The notes under the pieces are model-generated. The model was not told where the DNA came from and made no database searches. It was given only the letters and a program-made list of their open reading frames with translations. DNA of 64,000 nucleotides from the human T2T-CHM13v2.0 reference genome, Homo sapiens: NCBI RefSeq assembly GCF_009914755.1, contig NC_060943.1; one strand, written 5' to 3'. Below are positions 50,908-64,000 of the stretch, piece by piece. The position numbers were made by a program, and so were the translations under genes. Numbering within the stretch: position 1 is the first letter of the stretch; every line of letters begins with the position of its first letter.

Positions 50908-53261
50908 AAAGTTCATTAGCTTTTTATGAAGGATTTATCCTTTTTTTTCAGTGTGCTGTTTATTGCTGAGAAGTGGCTGCCCTGCCAGAAAACTGCTATT
51001 CTCAGCTGTAACCACATTGACTAATAGTGAGTGGAAGTGCAGTGGATAAAAAGCAAATGTGTCTTCTCTGTATCTTTTTTCATTTATTGGCTGAAGAACA
51101 GGAGGATGCGGAAGATGGAAGAAAATATAATCTCTGAAAGATAATGAAGAAGCTCTCCTAAATAGAAGAAAACCTCATAGGGGATTTTTTTTTCATCATT
51201 TTACTCTCTGCTTCTATGCGTTTAAATTTTTTTTTTTTTTTTTTGAGACAGTCTCGCTCTGTTGACCAGGCCAGAGTGCAGCGGCATGATCCCGACTAAC
51301 TGCTCCCTCCACCTCCTGGGTTCAAGCGATTCTGCCTCAGCCTTCTGAGTAGCTGGGATTACAGGTGTGTGCCACCACGCCTGACTAATTTTTGCATTTT
51401 TAGTTGTGGTGCGGTTTCCTCATGTTGGTGAGGCTGGTCTCGAGCTCCTGGCCTCGTGATTTGTTCACCTTGGCCTTCCAAAGTGCTGGGATTACGTGCA
51501 TGAGCCCCTGCACCTGGTGAGTTTAATTTTTTTTTTTTTACACTTTACATAGAAATAGGATTATGTGGACTGGGCACGGTGGTCTATAATCAGCACTTTC
51601 AGAGGCTGAGGTGGGTGGACCACTTGAGGTTAGGAGTTTGAGGCCAGCCTGGCCAACACGGCAAAACACTGTCTCTACTAAAAATATAAAAATTAGCCAG
51701 GAGTGGTGGTGTGCGCCTGTAATCCCAGGTATGGGGGAGGCTGAGGCAGGAAAATCGCTTGAAACCAGGAGGCAGATGTTGCAGTGAGCCGAGATGGTAC
51801 CACTGAACCATCGCGTGCCTAGGCAAAACTCCATTTCAAAAACAAAACAAAAAAATTTTGTGTGTGTGTTTTCCTGTGCTGGCTTATTTTACTTAGCATA
51901 ATATCGTTCAGGTTCATGAATGTTGTTGCAAATAACAAGACTCTTATTTTTAAGGACTGAATAGCATTGCATTGTGTACATACACCACATTTTCTTTTTC
52001 CATTTACCTATTGATGGACATCTAGGTTGATTCCATACCTTAGGTATTGTGAGTAATCTGCTTCTTTCCTTCTCTTTTGTTTTGTTTTTGTTTTGTTTCA
52101 GATGGAGTCTCATTCTGTCGCTCAAGCTGAAGGGCAGTGCCGTGATCTTGACCCACTGCAACCTCCGCCTCCAAGGTTCAAGCAATTCTAGTGCCTCAGC
52201 ATTCCAAGTAGCTGAGATTACAGGTGTGCACCACCAAACCCGGCTAATTTTTGTATTTTTAGTAGAGGCAGGCTTTCACCATGTTGACCAGGCTGATTAG
52301 TTTGTATATTTCTTTCTTCCTTTCCTTTTTTATTTCTAGAAGCATGTTAATTTTAAAATATAAATTATGACATGTAAAAGCCTTCATTTCTCTGTCTTTG
52401 ATTACTATTATGGCTGATGAAAAAATAAGCTTTTTTGAAATTTCCTGGATAAAAGTTATTACTTTATATTAACATAACTTGAGACAATGTAGAAATGAAA
52501 ATGAACATTTGATAGTAAAACAGCAATTATCTAGCTCCTGGTAGTCATTTAGTCTCTCACCCGCTCTTTAGAACTTCCACCAAGACAAGAACTCTATTTT
52601 TTTTCCAAGAATGTGTGATGTAAAATCACACTCTTATCTTTTTGTTTTTGTGGCAGAAGTTGGGTATTTAAGGTTATGAAAAAAAAGTATAGGTCTCCTT
52701 TTAGTAGACAGGTGATGATGGAAGCAAATATAATAGTACATGGTATTTGGCCACATTTCAAATGGGTGATAGTGAACATTCACTGAAGTGTCATAGATGG
52801 CTCTTATTTGCCAGGTCAAATCTTCTTTGCGAGAAAGTCTCAGCCAACTGTTGTCAAGCATTTCTGGTGGTTCCTAGATACATGAACAAAACCTCACTAG
52901 ACTGGTTTACTGAGAGCAGAATTAAAAACACCCGGGTGCCAGGTTATTAAAAACATTTTTACATTTTTACATTTATGGAAAAAAAAATGTGATGTGGTGT
53001 GTGGCTTGGTTTGAATACATCTTCACTGAGCTAAGTAGCTGATTGAATTTACCTAACCTGAAGGAAAAAAAAAGAAAAAAGAAAAAACCTACACTGAAAA
53101 AACACACATGGAACTGCAAGACAGTGATTAAGAAAAATGTTTACTCATAAACTCTGGTACGCAACATCGATGTATCATTAAAAAAGTTTGTCAGTTTGGG
53201 CATGGTGTCTCACGTCTGCTATCTCATCACTTTGGGAGGCCAATGCAGGTGTATCACCTCA

Positions 53262-53471
<210 letters not shown>

Positions 53472-53472
53472 T

Positions 53473-53473
<1 letters not shown>

Positions 53474-53529
<56 letters not shown>
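53474..53529. repeat. Alu poly-A tail with (AT)n microsatellite
   Basis: Read directly; ends the Alu at ~53195-53502. Confidence 0.9.
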
Positions 53530-53533
<4 letters not shown>

Positions 53534-56332
53534 AGGTAACTGTAATATGTAACTGTTACGGTGTACTCACCAACTGCAGATCTTTTGAATCATTGGCATG
53601 CACTGTGTGGCAGTAAAATTTCAGAGAATATGCAGTATATTTATACATAGAAGATTCTAATAAGAAACTTTCCATAAGGAAGCCTTTAAAAGAAACTTGA
53701 GTTACTTTTTATGTTTTAAATGTATGCTATTCTTACACAAAATGAAACTGCTGCAATCCAACTTTAGAAGCAAAGAATAGTCTTACATTGTTAAATATAG
53801 AAAATATATAACTATTTTAAGAATAGTGTTAGAACCTCTGATATGTAAAACAAATATTAGGAAAAAACTATGGTATTATTTGATATAGGCTGAAGTAAGT
53901 AGATGAAAATTCTATAATTCCTTTTTGCCTGCAGCAAATTTAAATTTATAAGTAATTATTTTAGTAAATATGGAGTGCCTACTAATTATCTAATTTATTT
54001 CAGGCATACCATGCAAATTCTAGCATATTGTCCTAACTGTATAAATCTAAAATTATAGACAAATTTGATATAGAAAATAGAAAGTAAAAATGTATAGGGA
54101 GAGTGACATCAGTAAGATGAAAAGACTAAAAGTGCTCATTTTCATCTCCCCTTACAGCAAAACAATGTCAGCCTTCCCTGGCATGCCTTTATTAGAGAAC
54201 GAGACATTATGGCTCACACCTGTAATGACAGCTACATGGTACATTAAGGTTATGGAACTGCTTCAGGCCAGGATATGGAGACCAGCCTGGGTTATGTAGC
54301 AAGACGCCATCTCCAAAATAATGTCTCTAAGAGTTATTTGAGATCCAGGGTTGCAGTTGTGAAACACTGTTAAAGCTTAAGATTGAGAAGTGTTCTATTC
54401 AGAAGGCAGGTCCTCATTCATGTGGGAAACTACAGGACCGCTCTTCCTGGCTACAGACCAGGATCGGGTTCACCCAACTTGGTCCCAGTAAGAATTCAGA
54501 ACTTACTCTGTAACCATCCCAAATTCCTCCCAGGTACAGTCTGGCAGAGGTCTTGCCATTCCAGACACTTGGGAGGAAGGTACTCGTTTACAGCCATGTA
54601 GACAGGCCTGCAGAACTTGGCCTTTACTGTGGTCCTTGAAGCAGTTTAATGACTCAGTTTCACTTACCTGAGCCACAGTTCATGGCCAGTTCTGCCTACA
54701 TAGAAACCTACCCAATTACCTCAGGAAATGCTCTCTCATATACAGTGAAAGCCACACTCATCCACATCCTGATACAAGGCCCACCATATGCAGAGCTGAC
54801 TGAAAAAACATGCCCTAGTGTCTGCCCTATGGAGCAAAGTCCTGAAGGATATGCAGTGTGCTCAAAAATAAACTGGGAATTACAACTACCCAAGCCCCTG
54901 TAACAAGCCAACTGAAGGTGGACCCTAGTGCAGACCCAGCAGCCTTGTGATAAAGCTGCAACCCCTCTTCACTACAAATTCAGAGGGCATCTCATCACTC
55001 TAAGGGCCCAACAAAAGAAGATCTTTACCTTGTAAAATCAGTATATGAAACCCTGAAGAGGTGTTTGCTCCATCAAATTCAGACACCAATACAAAGCTAT
55101 ATTGTGCCTATTGCCAATGCTTCTATTTTAATGTAGCACTGGAAGTATGTGGCCGAAGAACTAGTCAAAGAAATAAAAAAATCCATTGAAATTGAAGAAA
55201 AATAATTAAGGTGCTGCTGTTTGTAGATCATACAATCTTATATTTAAAAAAAACCATAAACAGTACATTAAAACCTGTCTAAACTAATAAATACACTCAG
55301 TAAGTTAGCAAAATATAAAATTAACATACAAGTATATGTATGGTTTCACACACTTAAACTATCTAATAAAATAGAGGAAGAAAATAATCTTATTTATTTA
55401 TTTATTTTGAGACAGTCTCAGTCTCTCTCCAGGCTGGAGTGCAATGGTGCGATCTCGGCTCACTGCCCCAATGTCAGTGAAATAAATGGTTAACTGGGAA
55501 TAGAGGGGCTTGGGGAAAGCAATACTGGGAAGATATCTCAATCCTGGCACACACTACCATTATTACTGTTTTCCTTTTTTTTTTTTTGACACGGAGTCTA
55601 GCTCTGCCACCAGACTGGAGTGCAGTGGTGCAATCTAGGCTCACTGTAACCTCTGCCTCCCAGGTTCAAGTGATTCCCCTGCCTCATCCTCCCAAGTAGT
55701 TGAGACTACAGGCACATGCCACCATGCCCAGCTAATTTTTTGTATTTTTAGTAGAGACGGGATTTCACTGTGTTAGCCAGGATGGTCTCGATCTCCAGAC
55801 CTCATGATTTGCCTGCCTCAGCCTCCCAAAGTGTTAGGATTACAGGCATGAGCCACTGCAAAAATTTTATTTTCTAAAGCATTAAATCATAAATTTCTGA
55901 GGAAAAAATTAACCAAGGAGGGAAAAAATCTTTACAATAAAGAAAAAATAAAAAAATTAGAGAAGATACAAATAAATTTTAAAATACTTTGTCTATGGAT
56001 TGACATAATATTATTAAAGTACCACATTATCCAAAGTAATCTATAGATTCAATAAACTTCCTATCAAAATTGCAGTGATTTTTTTTCACAGTAATGGAAA
56101 ATACAATTCTAAAATTTACATGAAACTAAAATAAACTTTGAATTGCCAAAGCAATCATGAAGAAAAAGAACAGAGCAGGAGGATATCATACTTAAAATTT
56201 CAAACTATATTTCAAGACTATATAGTAATAAAAACAGAATGTACTGTGCAGAGAAATGAATTAAAAAAATGCAACAGAAACTACTACTCTCACACATTTC
56301 AGACTTGATGCAAAAAGTGATCTAATGCATAA

Positions 56333-56665
<333 letters not shown>

Positions 56666-57245
56666 TGAAGATGAATTTGGCTCTCCCTGTGAAGCTGAAA
56701 GAAGCTCAGCGAAAGAAAAGTAGAATCCTTATTTAAAAGCATCAGACAGAAGATGCCCCTTTGTGAGAGCCAATTAAAAACAAAAAAATAAACAAACAAA
56801 CAAAAGCAGCTTTCCACGAATGATTTCCTTTGGAACACAGCTTCCCAAATCACATTTAAGGACTGACTTTCTCTTTGACCTTGGGACCTCTTATCTGTGT
56901 TGTCTGTTGTATTCATTTTCTTCTTTTTTTTTTTTGTTTTTTTTGAGATGACTCTGTCACCCAAAATGGAGTGCAGTGGCATAATCTTGGCTCACTGCAA
57001 CCTCTACCTTCTGGGTTCAAAGCGATTCTCCTGCATCAGCCTCCTGTGTAGCTGAGGTTACAGGCGCATGACACTATGCTTGGCTAATTATTGTATTTTT
57101 AGTAGAGACGTGGTTTCACTGTGTTGGTTAGGCTGGTTTCAAACTATTGACCTTGTAATTCACCTGCCTAGGCCTCCCAAATTGCTGGGATTACAAGTGT
57201 GAGCCACTGAACCCAGCCTGTTGTATTCATTTTCACTCTACCTAT

Positions 57246-57311
57246 CTGGGGGTTTGGCAATCATCTCATGTCTCTTCATAGTCAAAGGTTTTTTTTCCTT
57301 GACAACAATAC
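57246..57311 (-). pseudogene. Paralog KRAB-B exon, shortened to 66 nt, donor GT>AT
   Basis: aaacag|GTATTGTTGTCAAGG...CCCCCAG|ataggt; the KPDLITCLE core is deleted. Confidence 0.88.
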
Positions 57312-57793
57312 CTGTTTATTAAAAATAAATACCATGAATCTTGCTCATATTCTTCAATTAGAAGCTAGTAATGTGCTAAGCAGAGAGGATGTAATAAAAT
57401 AGTCTAGTAAATTAATACCAAAATACTAATTCATAATAGAAATTTCTAAATATTTAGAAAATACTTTCACTTTTTAGGTTTCTTAATTTTACTACCTGGT
57501 ACTACTGAATCAAAAATTGGTGGTGGCAATTAGATTTTCAGGTGGGGGCAACAATATTTCATGCCAGTAAATTTTGGAATTGCCACTAATTTAGAGTGAA
57601 GAATACACTCAACTGAGGAATGTGGAAAGTTTGGATTAAGATGAAACATCTTGAAGAAATTATCTTCTAAATGAAAGAATCCTGAAGATTTTCTGGAAAA
57701 GGGGCATCTGAAACACTTTTATGCAAAGAATAAAGTACCCAGAAACATTCCACAAAAAAGGGAAATAAAACTTTTAGGGTATATTATGAATTA

Positions 57794-57991
<198 letters not shown>

Positions 57992-59275
57992 TTAATTTGA
58001 CTTAAGGTGAAATGAAAGATAAAAGACAAATGGTTCTGACTTATAAGACTCACTAAAATTATCCAATAAAATAATTTTCATCACAGAAATATTATTTAAT
58101 GTATTCTCTAACTCTGAGAAAAAACAGCAGCATAAGATACACAACATCAGTTCATATGTGATATTTTTCTAGATAATAAAGTATAAAATTAAAGGCATAA
58201 ACGTACATTTTTGAGTGCTATTTCATCATATGAAATGAGTTGTGAATATTTTTCAAAAGGAAAAGATGAGTTAGAAGGCACCTCAAATTTTAATATATAC
58301 AATAAGCTGAAGACCTTCTCATGCAGGTTTTTTTAATATTTTTCCGCAGAAGAGCTGGAATAAAGTCTGATTTATTTATTTATTTTTAGTTTTTTGGAGA
58401 TGGAGTTTCATGCTTGTTGCCCAGGCTGGAGTGCAATGGTGCAATCTTGGTTAACTGCAACCTCCACCTCCCAGATTCAAGCAATTGTCTTGCATCAACC
58501 TCCTGAGTAGCTGGGATTGCAGGAATGTGCCACCATGCCTGGCTAATTTTTTTTTTTTTTTTTTTGTATTTTTAGTAGAGATGGGGTTTTTCCATGTTTG
58601 TCAGGCTGGTCTCAAACTCCTGACCTCAGGTGATCTGCCCACCTCGGCCTCCCAAAGTGCTGGGAATATAGGCATGGGCCACCACACCTGGCCAATTTTT
58701 TGAATTTCTAACAGGCTCATCAGTAATGCCAATGTTTTTGGCTCAAGAAGGATATGTTGTCAAACATCCAGGAAGTGGAAGTGTCGGTGTTTTTCCCACT
58801 TTTTCTAGCCTGTAAACAAAGATAAGAGTCTTCATTTTCCAAAGAAAAATATGTAGAAAAAAATAAGAAAAAAGGGCAGCTGCCAGATTGAATGTGATGG
58901 TTTATGCACGCCAGCGGCATAAACATACCTAATAATACAGCGAAAAATAATTATAGTGAAAAATCAGAAAGCTATTTCACCAATCGAATCATTAACTATT
59001 AACTGCACTAGGACAAATTTTTATTGTGTGCTAATGCACCCAGAAGAACACAGCATCACTCTTGAAATATTCCTCCCCAAAAAAGTAAATTATAGTCTGA
59101 ATTTATGCAAACTTCAAAACACAGATAATGCCTATGTTCTGTAATTTTTAGTAGTAATTTTAAGTAGGCTTCATTTAACACCCTAGAGAGCAGGTATCTC
59201 CTAATAATTTTTTTCAGAACTTTCTGGGTAATAAATGCCATCCCATTTAAATAAGCATTTTTTTTTTTTTTTTGA

Positions 59276-59512
<237 letters not shown>

Positions 59513-62500
59513 TGACCCACCTGCCTCAGCCTCCCAAAGTGCTAGGACTACAGGTGTGAGCCACTGCATCCAGCCTAAATAAGCATTTTCTTAATCCTGT
59601 TCTGCATAGAGCTAATTTAACACAGAGATGGACCCTAAACATTACATGTCCACCATCTTTACTAAGGACCACAGTTTTCCCCAATAGAAATCTTGAGTAT
59701 CCACAAAGGGAACATTTTTAATGTTATGGGTCATAAATTCTTGCTGAGAATTTTGCATGGCATATAAGAAGCTATCACGTTGAGAATGTAGAGAAGGCTC
59801 TGGGATATAGGAAAGAAACATTTTTCAGAGACCCTTGACTATCATAATTTTAACAAGTAGTTAAACCAAACTCATTAGGGAGCAAAAACACAAGCAGAGA
59901 AGGAAAGGTTTGTGAGTAGTAAATTCATGGCAGTCCAGGAGGCAGAGTGGACACAGTTCTTCATCTGACACCTGTTTACTTAAAGAAAAGCCATTTTTTT
60001 TTCTTTCTCATTTTTCTCTGGAATTTTTTCTGAGATGAGATTCTCTGAACAAATTACACCCCCAGCTTGAGAATATGCCTTTAAAAGTGTCAGTGCCACA
60101 TGTTTACCTGCTAGCATGACATCAACTGGCAGAAAAACAAAGACAGAAAAAGTCCACCCATTTCTGTCCTTTAAAACAATGAGACTCAGAAACAATGAGC
60201 TGCTCCATGAAAATAAAAATGTATCTCTTTTGCTGTCCTCAGGTGCCCTCCCCTGCCACAGACACCAGTAATTTCTGCTACAGTAATGGAAATATGCACC
60301 ACACTGACCTGTCCCTACCAAATTCAAACAGAACAGGCCCTGTGACCACCCTTTAGTGCAAAGGTGGAACTTAACTCTCATGAATGTGTTTTGAAGCAAT
60401 CATACTTGATTCTGGTCTCACCTTAGAGCCATATGAGGCCCTTCGTTAAAACAACATGGATGCTTCCACCCAGAACAATAAACAAGCTGTGGAGAGGGCA
60501 TAAGAGATTTCTGCAAATTAGCCATGTGATCCTAATGAGAAGCCTGGGCTGATAATCACTAAGTTAATCATTGCCTCTCAAGCTTTAACGAGCTTCTAAA
60601 TCACTTGGTAATTTTGGCCCCACTTTATGTAAAGTGATTCTGGAAGCTTGAAAAGGGTCCAGGAATGGTTGTTTTATACAAGTCCCCTGTGAATGCTGAT
60701 GTTGCTCCCCCGGGCTCATTATTAGCATTAGTCAGAGAAGCAGGCACAGCTCAGGGTCCCTTACCCTTAGCACTTTTGTCACAACCAAATGCTTCTGGCA
60801 CAAATAAGGACAACCCATCTCCATCCTAAAGTTTTATATTATTTGCTGGCTCTTTAAAGTTTACAGATGAAACAGAGACCTGGAATCTACACTTCAATTA
60901 GCAGCAATTACAAAAGGATTTGTAAAGACAACAAGAGAGGGACAGAGAGTGGGCTGATACAAAGTTGTCTGTTAGAAATTTTTATTTATTTAAACAAATA
61001 ACTTTGATTATTGATTAGATATATATCATTATGGTTTAGGGTATGAAATATAATGTCCAATATGGCATTATTATTTTAATTTATAACTACTTGTGGCAAT
61101 AGCAAACATTTTCAAGAAATGAATAAATAGTTCAAAGTGGGAGAAAGACATAACTGCACTTTCACTTTAATGTCTCTCTGAGTTTGATAACCAGAAAGAC
61201 TTGCATTTTTCAGATAAAAGTTTTTTATTTCCCAAATCTCAAGACCTGGATTCAAAATTTGGAGCTACAGATTTAGGGCCTGAATGGCTGGAGTTGCAGC
61301 AGGTGTTAACTGCACATTTGTGGGCATTTTGGCAAGAGGAGGAATGGGAAAGTGGAGATTCTCATGTCTATATGTCTAATCAATGCACAGATGCTACTGT
61401 GATTGGGTTTCTGGGCTCCATAGTCACTGAATTGCTTTCAGGTTTGAAGATAAAAGAGTCATTGAAAAAGGTGAAATGACTGATTGCTGCCCGTGAAGTT
61501 TGTAGAAATTTGGTCTAGCTTCTCTAGAAATGACTGTAGAGGACTACAGATAACAAATAGGCTGAGACACAATTCTGCCTGCATATTTAAGGGACAGCAT
61601 GCACTGTGCTGTGCACGTGTCTGTTAACTGGAAGCCTGAGAGAAAAAGTCCCCTCTAGAGTAAATTCTGGTTGGCACCTTATGTGTTTATATCATGTCTG
61701 GTAATTCTAGACAGTGTTTGGAAACAATAATTAAAAGAAAATTTTTCTCCAGTCCCAGAGAAACTCCACAATAATAGAACAGAAAGAAAATGCTTTTATT
61801 ACACAATTAAACTTGAATGTGATGTCCATATACTCAATCTGCTTAAGAGACTGCAAAGACAGAAAGATGGTCACCATAATTAGTTCACAAGTAGAAGAAT
61901 TTGCAGCACCATGTCATACATCGTTCATCCTAAATTCACCTGGAGATTGAAGAGGCCATCTGTGTATACTAATTGCTTATATTCAATGATGATAAAGTTT
62001 TCACATCCTCATAACAGGAGGTAGTTTAGTAGCTTGAAGCCAGGTGTCTGCTGAAGCTAGGCTTTCACTCTGCTACAAAAATGGTTGAATAGTGTTCTAT
62101 CTTTTTGGCTATTTACATTTTAGAGCTGTGGCTCTGTACTCCCTGGCACTGGGCTACAGCACTCCTGCTCACTTTCTCCTGGTTGCTACTGTCTTCTCTT
62201 GACTTCTACCATCTGCCACTGAGGCACAGCCCAGAGCACAGCTCACATTTTATGTGAATCCCATTTGCCACAGCAGCACTATAGTGTCACATCAGAGAGG
62301 GAAGCCTGAGCTGCAGGAGGAGAGCCTGCAGGCCTCCTGGGTAGAATTACACCTTCACAATAATCAAAATAAGACCAGTGTTTCAGTCTCAGGTTCTACT
62401 TATAATGGTGACAAGGAAATAATGCTGCTAAATTTCCAGCATGAGTCCAAATAGAGATAGCTCCAAAAGTTCTTTCTGTGACAGCCCACCTCATTGAGAC

Positions 62501-62621
62501 ACCATGGAATACTAATAGGGCTTCTGAAACAGACAAAGCATTGGAGAGAAAAACAGATCTCCATCTGGGCAAGATGATTTTGACAGAAGTTAAAACGATC
62601 TTAAGAAAAAGCTCAGGCTGT

Positions 62622-62627
62622 CTCTGT

Positions 62628-62658
<31 letters not shown>

Positions 62659-63993
62659 CCACGGTCTCCCTCTGATGCCGAGCCGAAGCTGGACTGTACT
62701 GCTGCCATATCTGCTCACTGCAACCTCCCTGCCTGATTCTCCTGCCTCAGCCTGCCGAGTGCCTGCGATTGCAGGTGCGCACCGCCACGCCTGACTGGTT
62801 TTCGTACTTTTTTGGTGGAGACGGGGTTTCACTGTGTTGGCCGGGCTGGTCTCCAGCTCCTAACCGCGAGTGATCCGCCAGCCTGGGCCTCCCAAGGTGC
62901 CGGGATTGCAGACGGAGTCTGGTTCACTCAGTGCTCAATGGTGCCTAGACTAGAGTGCAGTGGTGTGATCTCGGCTCGCTACAACCTCCACCTCCCAGCC
63001 GCCTGCCTTGGCCTCCCAAAGTGCCGAGATTGCAGCCTCTGCCCGGCCGCCACCCCATCTGGGAAGTGAGGAGCGTCTCTGCCTGGCCGCCCATCGTCTG
63101 GGATGTGAGGAGCCCCTCTGCCTGGCTGCCCAGTCTGGAAAGTGAGGAGGTCTCTTCCCGGCCGCCATCCCATCTAGGAAGTGAGGAGCGTCTCTGCCCG
63201 GCCGCCCATCATCTGAGATGTGCGAGCGCCTCTGCCCCGCCGCCCCGTCTGAGAAGTGAGGAGCCCCTCCGCCCGGCAGCCGCCCCGTCTGGGAAGTGAG
63301 GAGCGTCTCCGCCCAGCAGCCACCCCATCCAGGAGGGAGGTGGGGGTCAGCCCCCGCCCGGCCAGCCGCCCCGTCCGGGAGGTGAGGGGCGCCTCTGCCC
63401 GGCCGCCCCTACTGGGAAGTGAGGAGCCCCTCTGCCCGGCCACCACCCCGTCTGGGAGGTGTACCCAACAGCTCATTGAGAACGGGCCAGGATGACAATG
63501 GCGGTTTTGTGGAATAGAAAGGGGGGAAAGGTGGGGAAAAGATTGAGAAATCGGATGGTTGCCGTGTCTGTGTAGAAAGAAGTAGACATGGGAGACTTTT
63601 CATTTTGTTCTGTACTAAGAAAAATTCTTCTGCCTTGGGATTCTGTTGATCTGTGACCTTACCCCCAACCCTGTGCTCTCTGAAACATGTGCTGTGTCCA
63701 CTCAGGGTTAAATGGATTAAGGGCGGTGCAAGATGTGCTTTGTTAAACAGATGCTTGAAGGCAGCATGCTCGTTAAGAGTCATCACCACTCCCTAATCTC
63801 AAGTACCCAGGGACACAAACACTGCGGAAGGCCGCAGGGTCCTCTGCCTAGGAAAACCAGAGACCTTTGTTCACTTGTTTATCTGCTGACCTTCCCTCCA
63901 CTGTTGTCCTATGACCCTGCCAAATCCCCCTCTGCGAGAAACACCCAAGAATGATCAATTAAAAAAAAAAAAGAAAAAAGAAAAAAGAAAAAA
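62622..63993 (+). mobile_element. SVA retrotransposon (young, D/E-like), full length with short VNTR
   Basis: CCCTCT hexamers, Alu-like domain, GC-rich VNTR ~63040-63460, SINE-R homologous to the LTR5 at 7684, A-rich tail. Confidence 0.96.
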
Positions 63994-64000
63994 TACACCC

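Noticed and set aside
52400-53040. Possible decayed receptor (VN1R-like) pseudogene
   Set aside because: Only vague resemblance and no convincing motif; needs tBLASTn.

Overview
Human (primate) genomic DNA from the 19p12-type ZNF91-subfamily KRAB zinc-finger cluster. The window holds one complete + strand KRAB-C2H2 gene: ATG-only exon 1 at 3475-3477, KRAB-A 29585-29711, KRAB-B 30567-30662, and a 15-finger exon 43131-44710. Spliced, this gives 601 aa, which I recognise as ZNF90. Its 26-kb intron 1 carries an RPS8 retrocopy, an LTR5 solo LTR, a nearly intact 9.1-kb env-containing HERV-H provirus (antisense), a deleted HERV-W remnant, and LTR10- and LTR14-type solo LTRs. Downstream lie a full-ORF RPS16 retrocopy, an inverted finger-less KRAB paralog and an SVA. 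About 45 Alus and several L1 fragments fill the rest. Best leads: (1) the HERV-H env is open except for one stop exactly at the furin site, predicting a secreted SU-only protein; (2) a perfect 105-bp duplication of the zinc-finger-exon splice acceptor predicts a KRAB-only isoform; (3) a possible repressor/target loop between ZNF90 and the HERV-H in its own intron. Repeat family names are from recall of consensus sequences, not from database searches.
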